From Eledone cirrhosa (lineage: Eukaryota), in NCBI GenBank assembly GCA_964016885.1, contig OZ024747.1, positions 30,070,001-30,134,000 on the forward strand: a stretch of DNA of 64,000 nt, in the 5' to 3' direction. The translations under genes were made by a program, and so were the position numbers. The stretch's first letter is position 1. Every line of letters begins with the position of its first letter. Shown here piece by piece: positions 1-12,100 of this stretch. The notes beneath the pieces were generated by a model. The model did not search any database and was not told where the DNA came from. It saw only the letters and a program-made list of their open reading frames with translations.

Positions 1-2952
1 TTACAAAAAACATTGATTTTTTTTCTTTCGAAATATAGACTTTCTGATTTCGAAAATTGATATATATTTTGTATTTTTCAAACACAATGTATAAACGCAT
101 TTTTTTGAAAAAAAACATTTTTTCCAAATACTCTGTAAAATGATCAATTTGTGAAAAACCTAAAAAAATCAATTTTAGAAGTCAGAAGTAAATATTTCGA
201 AAAGTATAAAAAAATTGATTATTTTAGGTTTTTGATAATTTTACACAATATTTCGAAAATTTGTTTTTTTTCAAAAAAGATTGATTTTTGTTCTTTTGAA
301 ATATCTAATTTCTGATTTCGAAAATTGTTATATATTTTGTATTTTTAAAAAATTTTTCAGCGTGTATGTATAAATGTATAAACGCATTTTTTCCAAATAC
401 TGTGTAAAATGATCAATTTGTGAAAAACCTAAAAAAATCAATTTTAGAAATCAGAAGTAAATATTTCAAAAAGTATAAAAAAATCGATTATTTTAGGTTT
501 TTCACAAATTGATCATTTTACACAGTATTTCGAAAAATTGTTTTTTTACAAAAAACATTGATTTTTTTTCTTTCGAAATATAGACTTTCTGATTTCGAAA
601 ATTGATATATATTTTGTATTTTTCAAACACAATGTATGAACGCATTTTTTTGAAAAAAAGCATTTTTTCCAAATACTGTGTAAATTGATCAATTTGTGAA
701 AAACCTAAAAAAATCAATTCTAGAAATCAAAAGTAAATATTTCGAAAAGTGTAAACAAATTGATTATTTTAGGTTTTTCACAAATTGATCATTTTACACA
801 GTATTTCGAAAAATTTTTTTTTTTCAAAAAAGATTGATTTTTTTTCTTTCGAAATATCTACTTTCTGATTTCGAAAATTGTTATATATTTTGTATTTTTA
901 AAAAGTTTTTCAACGTGTCGAAACATAATGTATAAACGCATTTTTTCCAAATACTGTGTAAAATGATCAATTTGTGAAAAACCTAAAAAAATCAATTTTA
1001 GAAATCAGAGGTAAATATTTCGAAAAGTATAAAAAAATTGATTATTTTAGGTTTTTCACAAATTGATCATTTTACACAGTATTTCGAAAAATTGTTTTTT
1101 TACAAAAAACATTGATTTTTTTTCTTTCGAAATATATACTTTCTGATTTCGAAAATTGATATATTTTTCAAACACAATGTATAAACGCATTTTTTTGAAA
1201 AAAAACATTTTTTCCAAATACTCTGTAAAATGATCAATTTGTGAAAAACCTAAAAAAATCAATTTTAGGTCAGAAGTAAATATTTCGAAAAGTATAAAAA
1301 AATTGATTATTTTAGGTTTTTCACAAATTGATAATTTTACACAATATTTCGAAAATTTGTTTTTTTTCAAAAAAGATTGATTTTTTTTCTATCGAAATAT
1401 ATACTTTCTGATTTCGAAAATTGATATACATTTTGTATTTTTCAAATATTTTTCAACGTGTTGAAACAGTGTATAAACGCATTCTTTTGAAAAAAAAACA
1501 TTTTTTCCAAATACTGTGAAAAAACCTAAAAAAATCAATTTTAGAAATTAGAAGTAAATATTTCGAAAAGTGTAAACAAATTGATTATTTTAGGTTTTTC
1601 ACAAATTGATCATTTTACACAGTATTTCGAAAAATTGTTTTTTTTCAAAAAAGATTGATTTTTTTTCTTTTGAAATATCTACTTTCTGATTTCGAAAATT
1701 GTTATATATTTTGTATTTTTAAAAAATTTTTCAACGTGTATGTATAAATGTATAAACGCATTTTTTCCAAATACTGTGTAAAATGATCAATTTGTGAAAA
1801 ACCTAAAAAAATCAATTTTAGAAATCAGAAGTAAATATTTCGAAAAGTATAAAAAAATTGATTATTTTAGGTTTTTCACAAATTGATCATTTTACACAGT
1901 ATTTCGAAAAATTGTTTTTTTACAAAAAACATTGATTTTTTTTCTTTCGAAATATAGACTTTCTGATTTCGAAAATTGATATATATTTTGTATTTTTCAA
2001 ACACAATGTATAAACGCATTTTTTTGAAAAAAAACATTTTTTCCAAATACTCTGTAAAATGATCAATTTGTGAAAAACCTAAAAAAATCAATTTTAGAAG
2101 TCAGAAGTAAATATTTCGAAAAGTATAAAAAAATTGATTATTTTAGGTTTTTGATAATTTTACACAATATTTCGAAAATTTGTTTTTTTTCAAAAAAGAT
2201 TGATTTTTTTTCTTTTGAAATATCTACTTTCTGATTTCGAAAATTGTTATATATTTTGTATTTTTAAAAAGTTTTTCAATGTGTCGAAACAAAGTATAAA
2301 CGCATTTTTTCCAAATACTGTGTAAAATGATCTATTTGTGAAAAAGCTAAAAAAATCAATTTTACAAATCGGAAGTAAATATTTCGAAAAGTATAAAAAA
2401 ATTGATTATTTTAGGTTTTTCACAAATTGATCATTTTAAACAGTATTTCGAAAAATTATTTTTTTTCCCAAAACATTGATTTTTTTCTTTCGGAATATAT
2501 ACTTTCTGATTTCGAAAATTGATATATATTTTGTATTTTTCAAACACAATGTATAAACGCATTTTTTTGAAAAAAAACATTTTTTCCAAATACTGTGTAA
2601 AATGATCAATTTGTGAAAAACCTAAAAAAATCAATTTTAGAAATCAGAAGTAAATATTTCGAAAAGTGTAAACAAATTGATTATTTTAGGTTTTTCACAA
2701 ATTGATCATTTTACACAGTATTTCGAAAAATTGTTTTTTTTCAAAAAAGATTGGTTCTTTTTTCTTTCGAAATATCTACTTTCTGATTTCGAAAATTGTT
2801 ATATATTTTGTATTTTTAAAAAATTTTTCAGCGTGTATGTATAAATGTATAAACGCATTTTTTCCAAATACTGTGTAAAATGATCAATTTGTGAAAAACC
2901 TAAAAAAATCAATTTTAGAAATCAGAAGTAAATATTTCAAAAAGTATAAAAA

Positions 2953-3190
2953 AATTGATTATTTTAGGTTTTTCACAAATTGATCATTTTACACAGTATT
3001 TCGAAAAATTGTTTTTTTACAAAAAACATTGATTTTTTTTCTTTCGAAATATAGACTTTCTGATTTCGAAAATTGATATATATTTTGTATTTTTCAAACA
3101 CAATGTATAAACGCATTTTTTTGAAAAAAAACATTTTTTCCAAATACTGTGTAAAATGATCAATTTGTGAAAAACCTAAAAAAATCAATT
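2953..3190. repeat. 56-bp inverted repeat within each monomer (representative copy; arms 2953-3008 and 3135-3190)
   Basis: Left arm aattgattAttttaggtttttcacaaattgatcattttacacagtatttCgaaaaa versus reverse complement of right arm aattgattTttttaggtttttcacaaattgatcattttacacagtatttGgaaaaa: 54/56 identical. There are 126 bp between the arms and 38 bp to the next monomer's left arm (starts 3229). Confidence 0.97.
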
Positions 3191-6100
3191 CTAGAAATCA
3201 AAAGTAAATATTTCGAAAAGTATAAAAAAATTGATTATTTTAGGTTTTTCACAAATTGATCATTTTACACAGTATTTCGAAAAATTGTTTTTTTACAAAA
3301 AACATTGATTTTTTTTCTATCGAAATATATACTTTCTGATTTCGAAAATTGATATACATTTTGTATTTTTCAAATATTTTTCAACGTGTTGAAACAGTGT
3401 ATAAACGCATTCTTTTGAAAAAAAAACATTTTTTCCAAATACTGTGAAAAAACCTAAAAAAATCAATTTTAGAAATTAGAAGTAAATATTTCGAAAAGTG
3501 TAAACAAATTGATTATTTTAGGTTTTTCACAAATTGATCATTTTACACAGTATTTCGAAAAATTGTTTTTTTTCAAAAAAGATTGATTTTTTTCTTTTGA
3601 AATATCTACTTTCTGATTTCGAAAATTGTTATATATTTTGTATTTTTAAAAAATTTTTCAACGTGTATGTATAAATGTATAAACGCATTTTTTCCAAATA
3701 CTGTGTAAAATGATCAATTTGTGAAAAACCTAAAAAAATCAATTTTAGAAATCAGAAGTAAATATTTCGAAAAGTATAAAAAAATTGATTATTTTAGGTT
3801 TTTCACAAATTGATCATTTTACACAGTATTTCGAAAAATTGTTTTTTTACAAAAAACATTGATTTTTTTTCTTTCGAAATATAGACTTTCTGATTTCGAA
3901 AATTGATATATATTTTGTATTTTTCAAACACAATGTATAAACGCATTTTTTTGAAAAAAAACATTTTTTCCAAATACTCTGTAAAATGATCAATTTGTGA
4001 AAAACCTAAAAAAATCAATTTTAGAAGTCAGAAGTAAATATTTCGAAAAGTATAAAAAAATTGATTATTTTAGGTTTTTCACAAATTGATAATTTTACAC
4101 AATATTTCGAAAATTTGTTTTTTTTCAAAAAAGATTGATTTTTTTTCTATCGAAATATATACTTTCTGATTTCGAAAATTGATATACATTTTGTATTTTT
4201 CAAATATTTTTCAACGTGTTGAAACAAAGTGTATAAACGCATTTTTTTGAAAAAAAGACATTTTTTCCAAAAAAATCAATTTTAGAAATTAGAAGTAAAT
4301 ATTTCAAAAAGTGTAAACAAATTGATTATTTTAGGTTTTTCACAAATTGATCATTTTACACAGTATTTGGAAAAATTGTTTTTTTTCAAAAAAGATTGAT
4401 TTTTTTTCTTTTGAAATATCTACTTTCTGATTTCGAAAATTGTTATATATTTTGTATTTTTAAAAAGTTTTTCAACGTGTCGAAACATAATGTATAAACG
4501 CATTTTTTCCAAATACTGTGTGAAATGATCTATTTTTGAAAAAGCTAAAAAAATCAATTTTAGAAATCGGAAGTAAATATTTCGAAAAGTATAAAAAAAT
4601 TGATTATTTTAGGTTTTTCACAAATTGATCATTTTAAACAGTATTTCGAAAAATTATTTTTTTTCCAAAAACATTGATTTTTTTCTTTCGGAATATATAC
4701 TTTCTGATTTCGAAAATTGATATATATTTTGTATTTTTCAAACACAATGTATAAACGCATTTTTTTGAAAAAAAACATTTTTTCCAAATACTGTGTAAAA
4801 TGATCAATTTGTGAAAAACCTAAAAAAATCAATTTTAGAAATCAGAAGTAAATATTTCGAAAAGTATAAAAAAATTGATTATTTTAGGTTTTTCACAAAT
4901 TGATCATTTTACACAGTATTTCGAAAAATTGTTTTTTTATCAAAAAAGATTGATTTTTTTTCTTTCGAAATATATAATTTCTGATTTCGAAATTTGATAT
5001 ATATTTTGTATTTTTAAAAAGTTTTTCAATGTGTCGAAACATAATGTATAAACGCATTTTATCCAAATACTGTGTAAAATGATCTATTTGTGAAAAAGCT
5101 AAAAAAATCAATTTTAGAAATCGGAAGTAAATATTTCGAAAAGTATAAAAAAATTGATTATTTTAGGTTTTTCACAAATTGATCATTTTAAACAGTATTT
5201 CGAAAAATTATTTTTTTTCCAAAAACATTGATTTTTTTCTTTCGGAATATATACTTTCTGATTTCGAAAATTGATATATATTTTGTATTTTTCAAACACA
5301 ATGTATAAACGCATTTTTTTGAAAAAAAACATTTTTTCCAAATACTGTGTAAAATGATCAATTTGTGAAAAAGCTAAATAAATCAATTTTAGAAATCGGA
5401 AGTAAATATTTCGAAAAGTATAAAAAAATTGATTATTTTAGGTTTTTCACAAATTGATCATTTTAAACAGTATTTCGAAAAATTATTTTTTTTCCAAAAA
5501 CATTGATTTTTTTCTTTCGAAATATATATTTTCTGATTTCGAATATTGATATACATTTTGTATTTTTCAAATATTTTTCAACGTATGTATAAACAATGTA
5601 TAAACGCATTTTTTTGAAAAAAAACATTTTTTCCAAATACTGTGTAAATTGATCAATTTGTGAAAAAACCTAAAAAAATCAATTTTAGAAATCAGAAGTA
5701 AATATTTCGAAAAGTTGATTATTTTAGGTTTTTCACAAATTGATCATTTTACACAGTATTTCGAAAAATTGTTTTTTTTCCAAAAACATTGATTTTTTTC
5801 TTTCGGAATGTATACTTTCTGATTTCGAAAATTGATATACATTTTGTATTTTTCATATATTTTTCAACGTGTTGAAACAGTGTATAAACGCATTCTTTTG
5901 AAAAAAAAACATTTTTTCCAAATACTGTGAAAAAATCTAAAAAAATCAATTTTAGAAATTAGAAGTAAATATTTCGAAAAGTGTAAACAAATTGATTATT
6001 TTAGGTTTTTCACAAATTGATCATTTTACACAGTATTTCGAAAAATTGTTTTTTTTCAAAAAAATATCTACTTTCTGATTTCGAAAATTGTTATATATTT

Positions 6101-9100
6101 TGTATTTTTAAAAAGTTTTTCAACGTGTCGAAACATAATGTATAAACGCATTTTTTCCAAATACTGTGTAAAATGATCTATTTGTGAAAAAGCTAAAAAA
6201 ATCAATTTTAGAAATCAGAAGTAAAAAAATTGATTATTTTAGGTTTTTCACAAATTGATCATTTTACACAGTATTTCGAAAAATTGTTTTTTTACAAAAA
6301 ACATTGATTTTTTTCCTTTCGAAAATTGATATATATTTTGTATTTTTCAAACACAATGTATAAACGCATTTTTTTGAAAAAAAACATTTTTTCCAAATAC
6401 TCTGTAAAATGATCAATTTGTGAAAAACCTAAAAAAATCAATTTTAGAAGTCAGAAGTAAATATTTCGAAAAGTATAAAAAAAATTGATTATTTTAGGTT
6501 TTTCACAAATTGATAATTTTACACAATATTTCGAAAATTTGTTTTTTTTCAAAAAAGATTGATTTTTTTTCTATCGAAATATATACTTTCTGATTTCGAA
6601 AATTGATATACATTTTGTATTTTTCAAATATTTTTCAACGTGTTGAAACACAGTGTATAAACACATTCTTTTGAAAAAAAAACATTTTTTCCAAATACTG
6701 TGAAAAAACCTAAAAAAATCAATTTTAGAAATTAGAAGTAAATATTTCGAAAAGTGTAAACAAATTGATTATTTTAGGTTTTTCACAAATTGATCATTTT
6801 ACACAGTATTTCGAAAAATTGTTTTTTTTCAAAAAAGATTGATTTTTTTCTTTTGAAATATCTACTTTCTGATTTCGAAAATTGTTATATATTTTGTATT
6901 TTTAAAAAATTTTTCAACGTGTATGTATAAATGTATAAACGCATTTTTTCCAAATACTGTGTAAAATGATCAATTTGTGAAAAACCTAAAAAAATCAATT
7001 TTAGAAATCAGAAGTAAATATTTCGAAAAGTATAAAAAAATTGATTATTTTAGGTTTTTCACAAATTGATCATTTTACACAGTATTTCGAAAAATTGTTT
7101 TTTTACAAAAAACATTGATTTTTTTTCTTTCGAAATATAGACTTTCTGATTTCGAAAATTGATATATATTTTGTATTTTTCAAACACAATGTATAAACGC
7201 ATTTTTTTGAAAAAAAACATTTTTTCCAAATACTCTGTAAAATGATCAATTTGTGAAAAACCTAAAAAAATCAATTTTAGAAGTCATAAGTAAATATTTC
7301 GAAAAGTATAAAAAAATTGATTATTTTAGGTTTTTCACAAATTGATCATTTTAAACAGTATTTCGAAAAATTATTTTTTTTCTCAAAACATTGATTTTTT
7401 TCTTTCGGAATATATACTTTCTGATTTCGAAAATTGATATATATTTTGTATTTTTCAAACACAATGTATAAACGCATTTTTTTAAAAAAAAACATTTTTT
7501 CCAAATACTGTGTAAATTGATCAATTCGTGAAAAAACCTAAAAAAATCAATTTTAGAAATCAGAAGTAAATATTTCGAAAAGTGTAAACAAATTGATTAT
7601 TTTAGGTTTTTCACAAATTGATCATTTTACACAGTATTTCGAAAAATTGTTTTTTTACAAAAAACATTGATTTTTTTTCTTTCGAAATATAGACTTTCTG
7701 ATTTCGAAAATTGATATATATTTTGTATTTTTCAAACACAATGTATAAACGCATTTTTTTAAAAAAAAACATTTTTTCCAAATACTGTGTAAATTGATCA
7801 ATTCGTGAAAAAACCTAAAAAAATCAATTTTAGAAATCAGAAGTAAATATTTCGAAAAGTGTAAACAAATTGATTTTTTTAGGTTTTTCACAAATTGATC
7901 ATTTTACACAGTATTTCGAAAAATTGTTTTTTTTCAGAAAAGATTGATTTTTTTTCTTTTGAAATATCTACTTTCTGATTTCGAAAATTGTTATATAATT
8001 TCTATTTTTAAAAAATTTTTCAGCGTGTATGTATAAATGTATAAACGCATTTTTTCAAAATACTGTGTAAAATGATCAATTTGTGAAAAACCTAAAAAAA
8101 TCAATTTTAGAAGTCAGAAGTAAATATTTCGAAAAGTATAAAAAAATTGATTATTTTAGGTTCTTCACAAATTGATAATGTTACACAATATTTCGAAAAT
8201 TTGTTTTTTTTCAAAAAAGATTGATTTTTTTTCTATCGAAATATATACTTTCTGATTTCGAAAATTGTATATACATTTTGTATTTTTCAAATATTTTTCA
8301 ACGTGTTGAAACAGTGTATAAACGCATTCTTTTGAAAAAAAAACATTTTTTCCAAATACTGTGAAAAAACCTAAAAAAATCAATTTTAGAAATTAGAAGT
8401 AAATATTTCGAAAAGTGTAAACAAATTGATTATTTTAGGTTTTTCACAAATTGATCATTTTACACAGTATTTCGAAAAATTGTTTTTTTTCAAAAAAGAT
8501 TGATTTTTTTCTTTTGAAATATCTACTTTCTGATTTCGAAAATTGTTATATATTTTGTATTTTTAAAAAATTTTTCAACGTGTATGTATAAATGTATAAA
8601 CGCATTTTTTCCAAATACTGTGTAAAATGATCAATTTGTGAAAAACCTAAAAAAATCAATTTTAGAAATCAGAAGTAAATATTTCGAAAAGTATAAAAAA
8701 ATTGATTATTTTAGGTTTTTCACAAATTGATCATTTTACACAGTATTTCGAAAAATTGTTTTTTTACAAAAAACATTGATTTTTTTTCTTTCGAAATATA
8801 GACTTTCTGATTTCGAAAATTGATATATATTTTGTATTTTTCAAACACAATGTATAAACGCATTTTTTTTAAAAAAAACATTTTTTCCAAATACTCTGTA
8901 AAATGATCAATTTGTGAAAAACCTAAAAAAATCAATTTTAGAAGTCAGAAGTAAATATTTCGAAAAGTATAAAAAAATTGATTATTTTAGGTTTTTGATA
9001 ATTTTACACAATATTTCGAAAATTTTTGTTGATTTTTGTTCTTTTGAAATATCTACTTTCTGATTTCGAAAATTGTTATATATTTTGTATTTTTAAAAAA

Positions 9101-12100
9101 TTTTTCAACGTGTATGTATAAATGTATAAACGCATTTTTTCCAAATACTGTGTAAAATGATCAATTTGTGAAAAACCTAAAAAAATCAATTTTAGAAATC
9201 AGAGGTAAATATTTCGAAAAGTATAAAAAAATTGATTATTTTAGGTTTTTCACAAATTGATCATTTTACACAGTATTTCGAAAAATTGTTTTTTTACAAA
9301 AAACATTGATTTTTTTTCTTTCGAAATATATATTTTCTGATTTCGAAAATTGATATATATTTTGTATTTTTCAAACACAATGTATAAACGCATTTTTTTG
9401 AAAAAAAACATTTTTTCCAAATACTCTGTAAAATGATCAATTTGTGAAAAACCTAAAAAAATCAATTTTAGAAATCAGAAGTAAATATTTCGAAAAGTGT
9501 AAACAAATTGATTATTTTAGGTTTTTCACAAATTGATCATTTTACACAGTATTTCGAAAAATTGTTTTTTTTCAAAAAAGATTGGTTCTTTTTTCTTTCG
9601 AAATATCTACTTTCTGATTTCGAAAATTGTTATATATTTTGTATTTTTAAAAAATTTTTCAACGTGTATGTATAAATGTATAAACGCATTTTTTCCAAAT
9701 ACTGTGTAAAATGATCAATTTGTGAAAAACCTAAAAAAATCAATTTTAGAAATCAGAAGTAAATATTTCGAAAAGTATAAAAAAATTGATTATTTTAGGT
9801 TTTTCACAAATTGATCATTTTACACAGTATTTCGAAAAATTGTTTTTTTACAAAAAACATTGATTTTTTTTCTTTCGAAATATAGACTTTCTGATTTCGA
9901 AAATTGATATATATTTTGTATTTTTCAAACACAATGTATAAACGCATTTTTTTGAAAAAAAACATTTTTTCCAAATACTCTGTAAAATGATCAATTTGTG
10001 AAAAACCTAAAAAAATCAATTTTAGAAGTCAGAAGTAAATATTTCGAAAAGTATAAAAAAATTGATTATTTTAGGTTTTTGATAATTTTACACAATATTT
10101 CGAAAATTTGTTTTTTTTCAAAAAAGATTGATTTTTTTTCTTTTGAAATATCTACTTTCTGATTTCGAAAATTGTTATATATTTTGTATTTTTAAAAAAT
10201 TTTTCAGCGTGTATGTATAAACGCATTTTTTCCAAATACTGTGTAAAATGATCAATTTGTGAAAAACCTAAAAAAATCAATTTTAGAAATCAGAAGTAAA
10301 TATTTCGAAAAGTGTAAACAAATTGATTATTTTAGGTTTTTCACAAATTGATCATTTTACACAGTATTTCGAAAAATTGTTTTTTTACAAAAAACATTGA
10401 TTTTTTTTCTTTCGAAATATATACTTTCTGATTTCGAAAATTGATATATATTTTGTATTTTTCAAACACAATGTATAAACGCATTTTTAAAAAAAAAAAC
10501 ATTTTTTCCAAATACTGTGTAAATTGATCAATTCGTGAAAAAACCTAAAAAAATCAATTTTAGAAATCAGAAGTAAATATTTCGAAAAGTGTAAACAAAT
10601 TGATTTTTTTAGGTTTTTCACAAATTGATCATTTTACACAGTATTTCGAAAAATTGTTTTTTTACAAAAAACATTGATTTTTTTTCTTTCGAAATATATA
10701 CTTTCTGATTTCGAAAATTGATATATATTTTGTATTTTTCAAACACAATGTATAAACGCATTTTTTTGAAAAAAAACATTTTTTCCAAATACTGTGTAAA
10801 ATGATCAATTTGTGAAAAACCTAAAAAAATCAATTCTAGAAATCAAAAGTAAATATTTCGAAAAGTATAAAAAAATTGATTATTTTAGGTTTTTCACAAA
10901 TTGATCATTTTACACAGTATTTCGAAAAATTGTTTTTTTACAAAAAACATTGATTTTTTTTCTATCGAAATATATACTTTCTGATTTCGAAAATTGATAT
11001 ACATTTTGTATTTTTCAAATATTTTTCAACGTGTTGAAACAGTGTATAAACGCATTCTTTTGAAAAAAAAACATTTTTTCCAAATACTGTGAAAAAACCT
11101 AAAAAAATCAATTTTAGAAATTAGAAGTAAATATTTCGAAAAGTGTAAACAAATTGATTATTTTAGGTTTTTCACAAATTGATCATTTTACACAGTATTT
11201 CGAAAAATTGTTTTTTTTCAAAAAAGATTGATTTTTTTCTTTTGAAATATCTACTTTCTGATTTCGAAAATTGTTATATATTTTGTATTTTTAAAAAATT
11301 TTTCAACGTGTATGTATAAATGTATAAACGCATTTTTTCCAAATACTGTGTAAAATGATCAATTTGTGAAAAACCTAAAAAAATCAATTTTAGAAATCAG
11401 AAGTAAATATTTCGAAAAGTATAAAAAAATTGATTATTTTAGGTTTTTCACAAATTGATCATTTTACACAGTATTTCGAAAAATTGTTTTTTTACAAAAA
11501 ACATTGATTTTTTTTCTTTCGAAATATAGACTTTCTGATTTCGAAAATTGATATATATTTTGTATTTTTCAAACACAATGTATAAACGCATTTTTTTGAA
11601 AAAAAACATTTTTTCCAAATACTCTGTAAAATGATCAATTTGTGAAAAACCTAAAAAAATCAATTTTAGAAGTCAGAAGTAAATATTTCGAAAAGTATAA
11701 AAAAATTGATTATTTTAGGTTTTTCACAAATTGATAATTTTACACAATATTTCGAAAATTTGTTTTTTTTCAAAAAAGATTGATTTTTTTTCTATCGAAA
11801 TATATACTTTCTGATTTCGAAAATTGATATACATTTTGTATTTTTCAAATATTTTTCAACGTGTTGAAACAAAGTGTATAAACGCATTTTTTTGAAAAAA
11901 AGACATTTTTTCCAAAAAAATCAATTTTAGAAATTAGAAGTAAATATTTCAAAAAGTGTAAACAAATTGATTATTTTAGGTTTTTCACAAATTGATCATT
12001 TTACACAGTATTTGGAAAAATTGTTTTTTTTCAAAAAAGATTGATTTTTTTTCTTTTGAAATATCTACTTTCTGATTTCGAAAATTGTTATATATTTTGT

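Noticed and set aside
2485-2505. CENP-B box-like motif around 'tttcggaatatatac'
   Set aside because: Only the TTCG half matches, and the required downstream CGGG is absent.
2953-3190. Calling the monomer a definite MITE or mobile element
   Set aside because: No target-site duplication, recognisable TIR terminus or transposase is visible, so it is kept only as a hypothesis.
3135-3284. Rho-independent terminators or promoter boxes from hairpins, T-runs and TATA-like words
   Set aside because: The stems are AT-rich, there are no associated genes, and such motifs are expected by chance at ~80% AT.
5370-5390. Right-arm variant 'ctaaataaatc' as a further arm-conversion event
   Set aside because: The left-arm complement would be 'ctaaaataatc'. 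The T is one position off, so it does not restore pairing.
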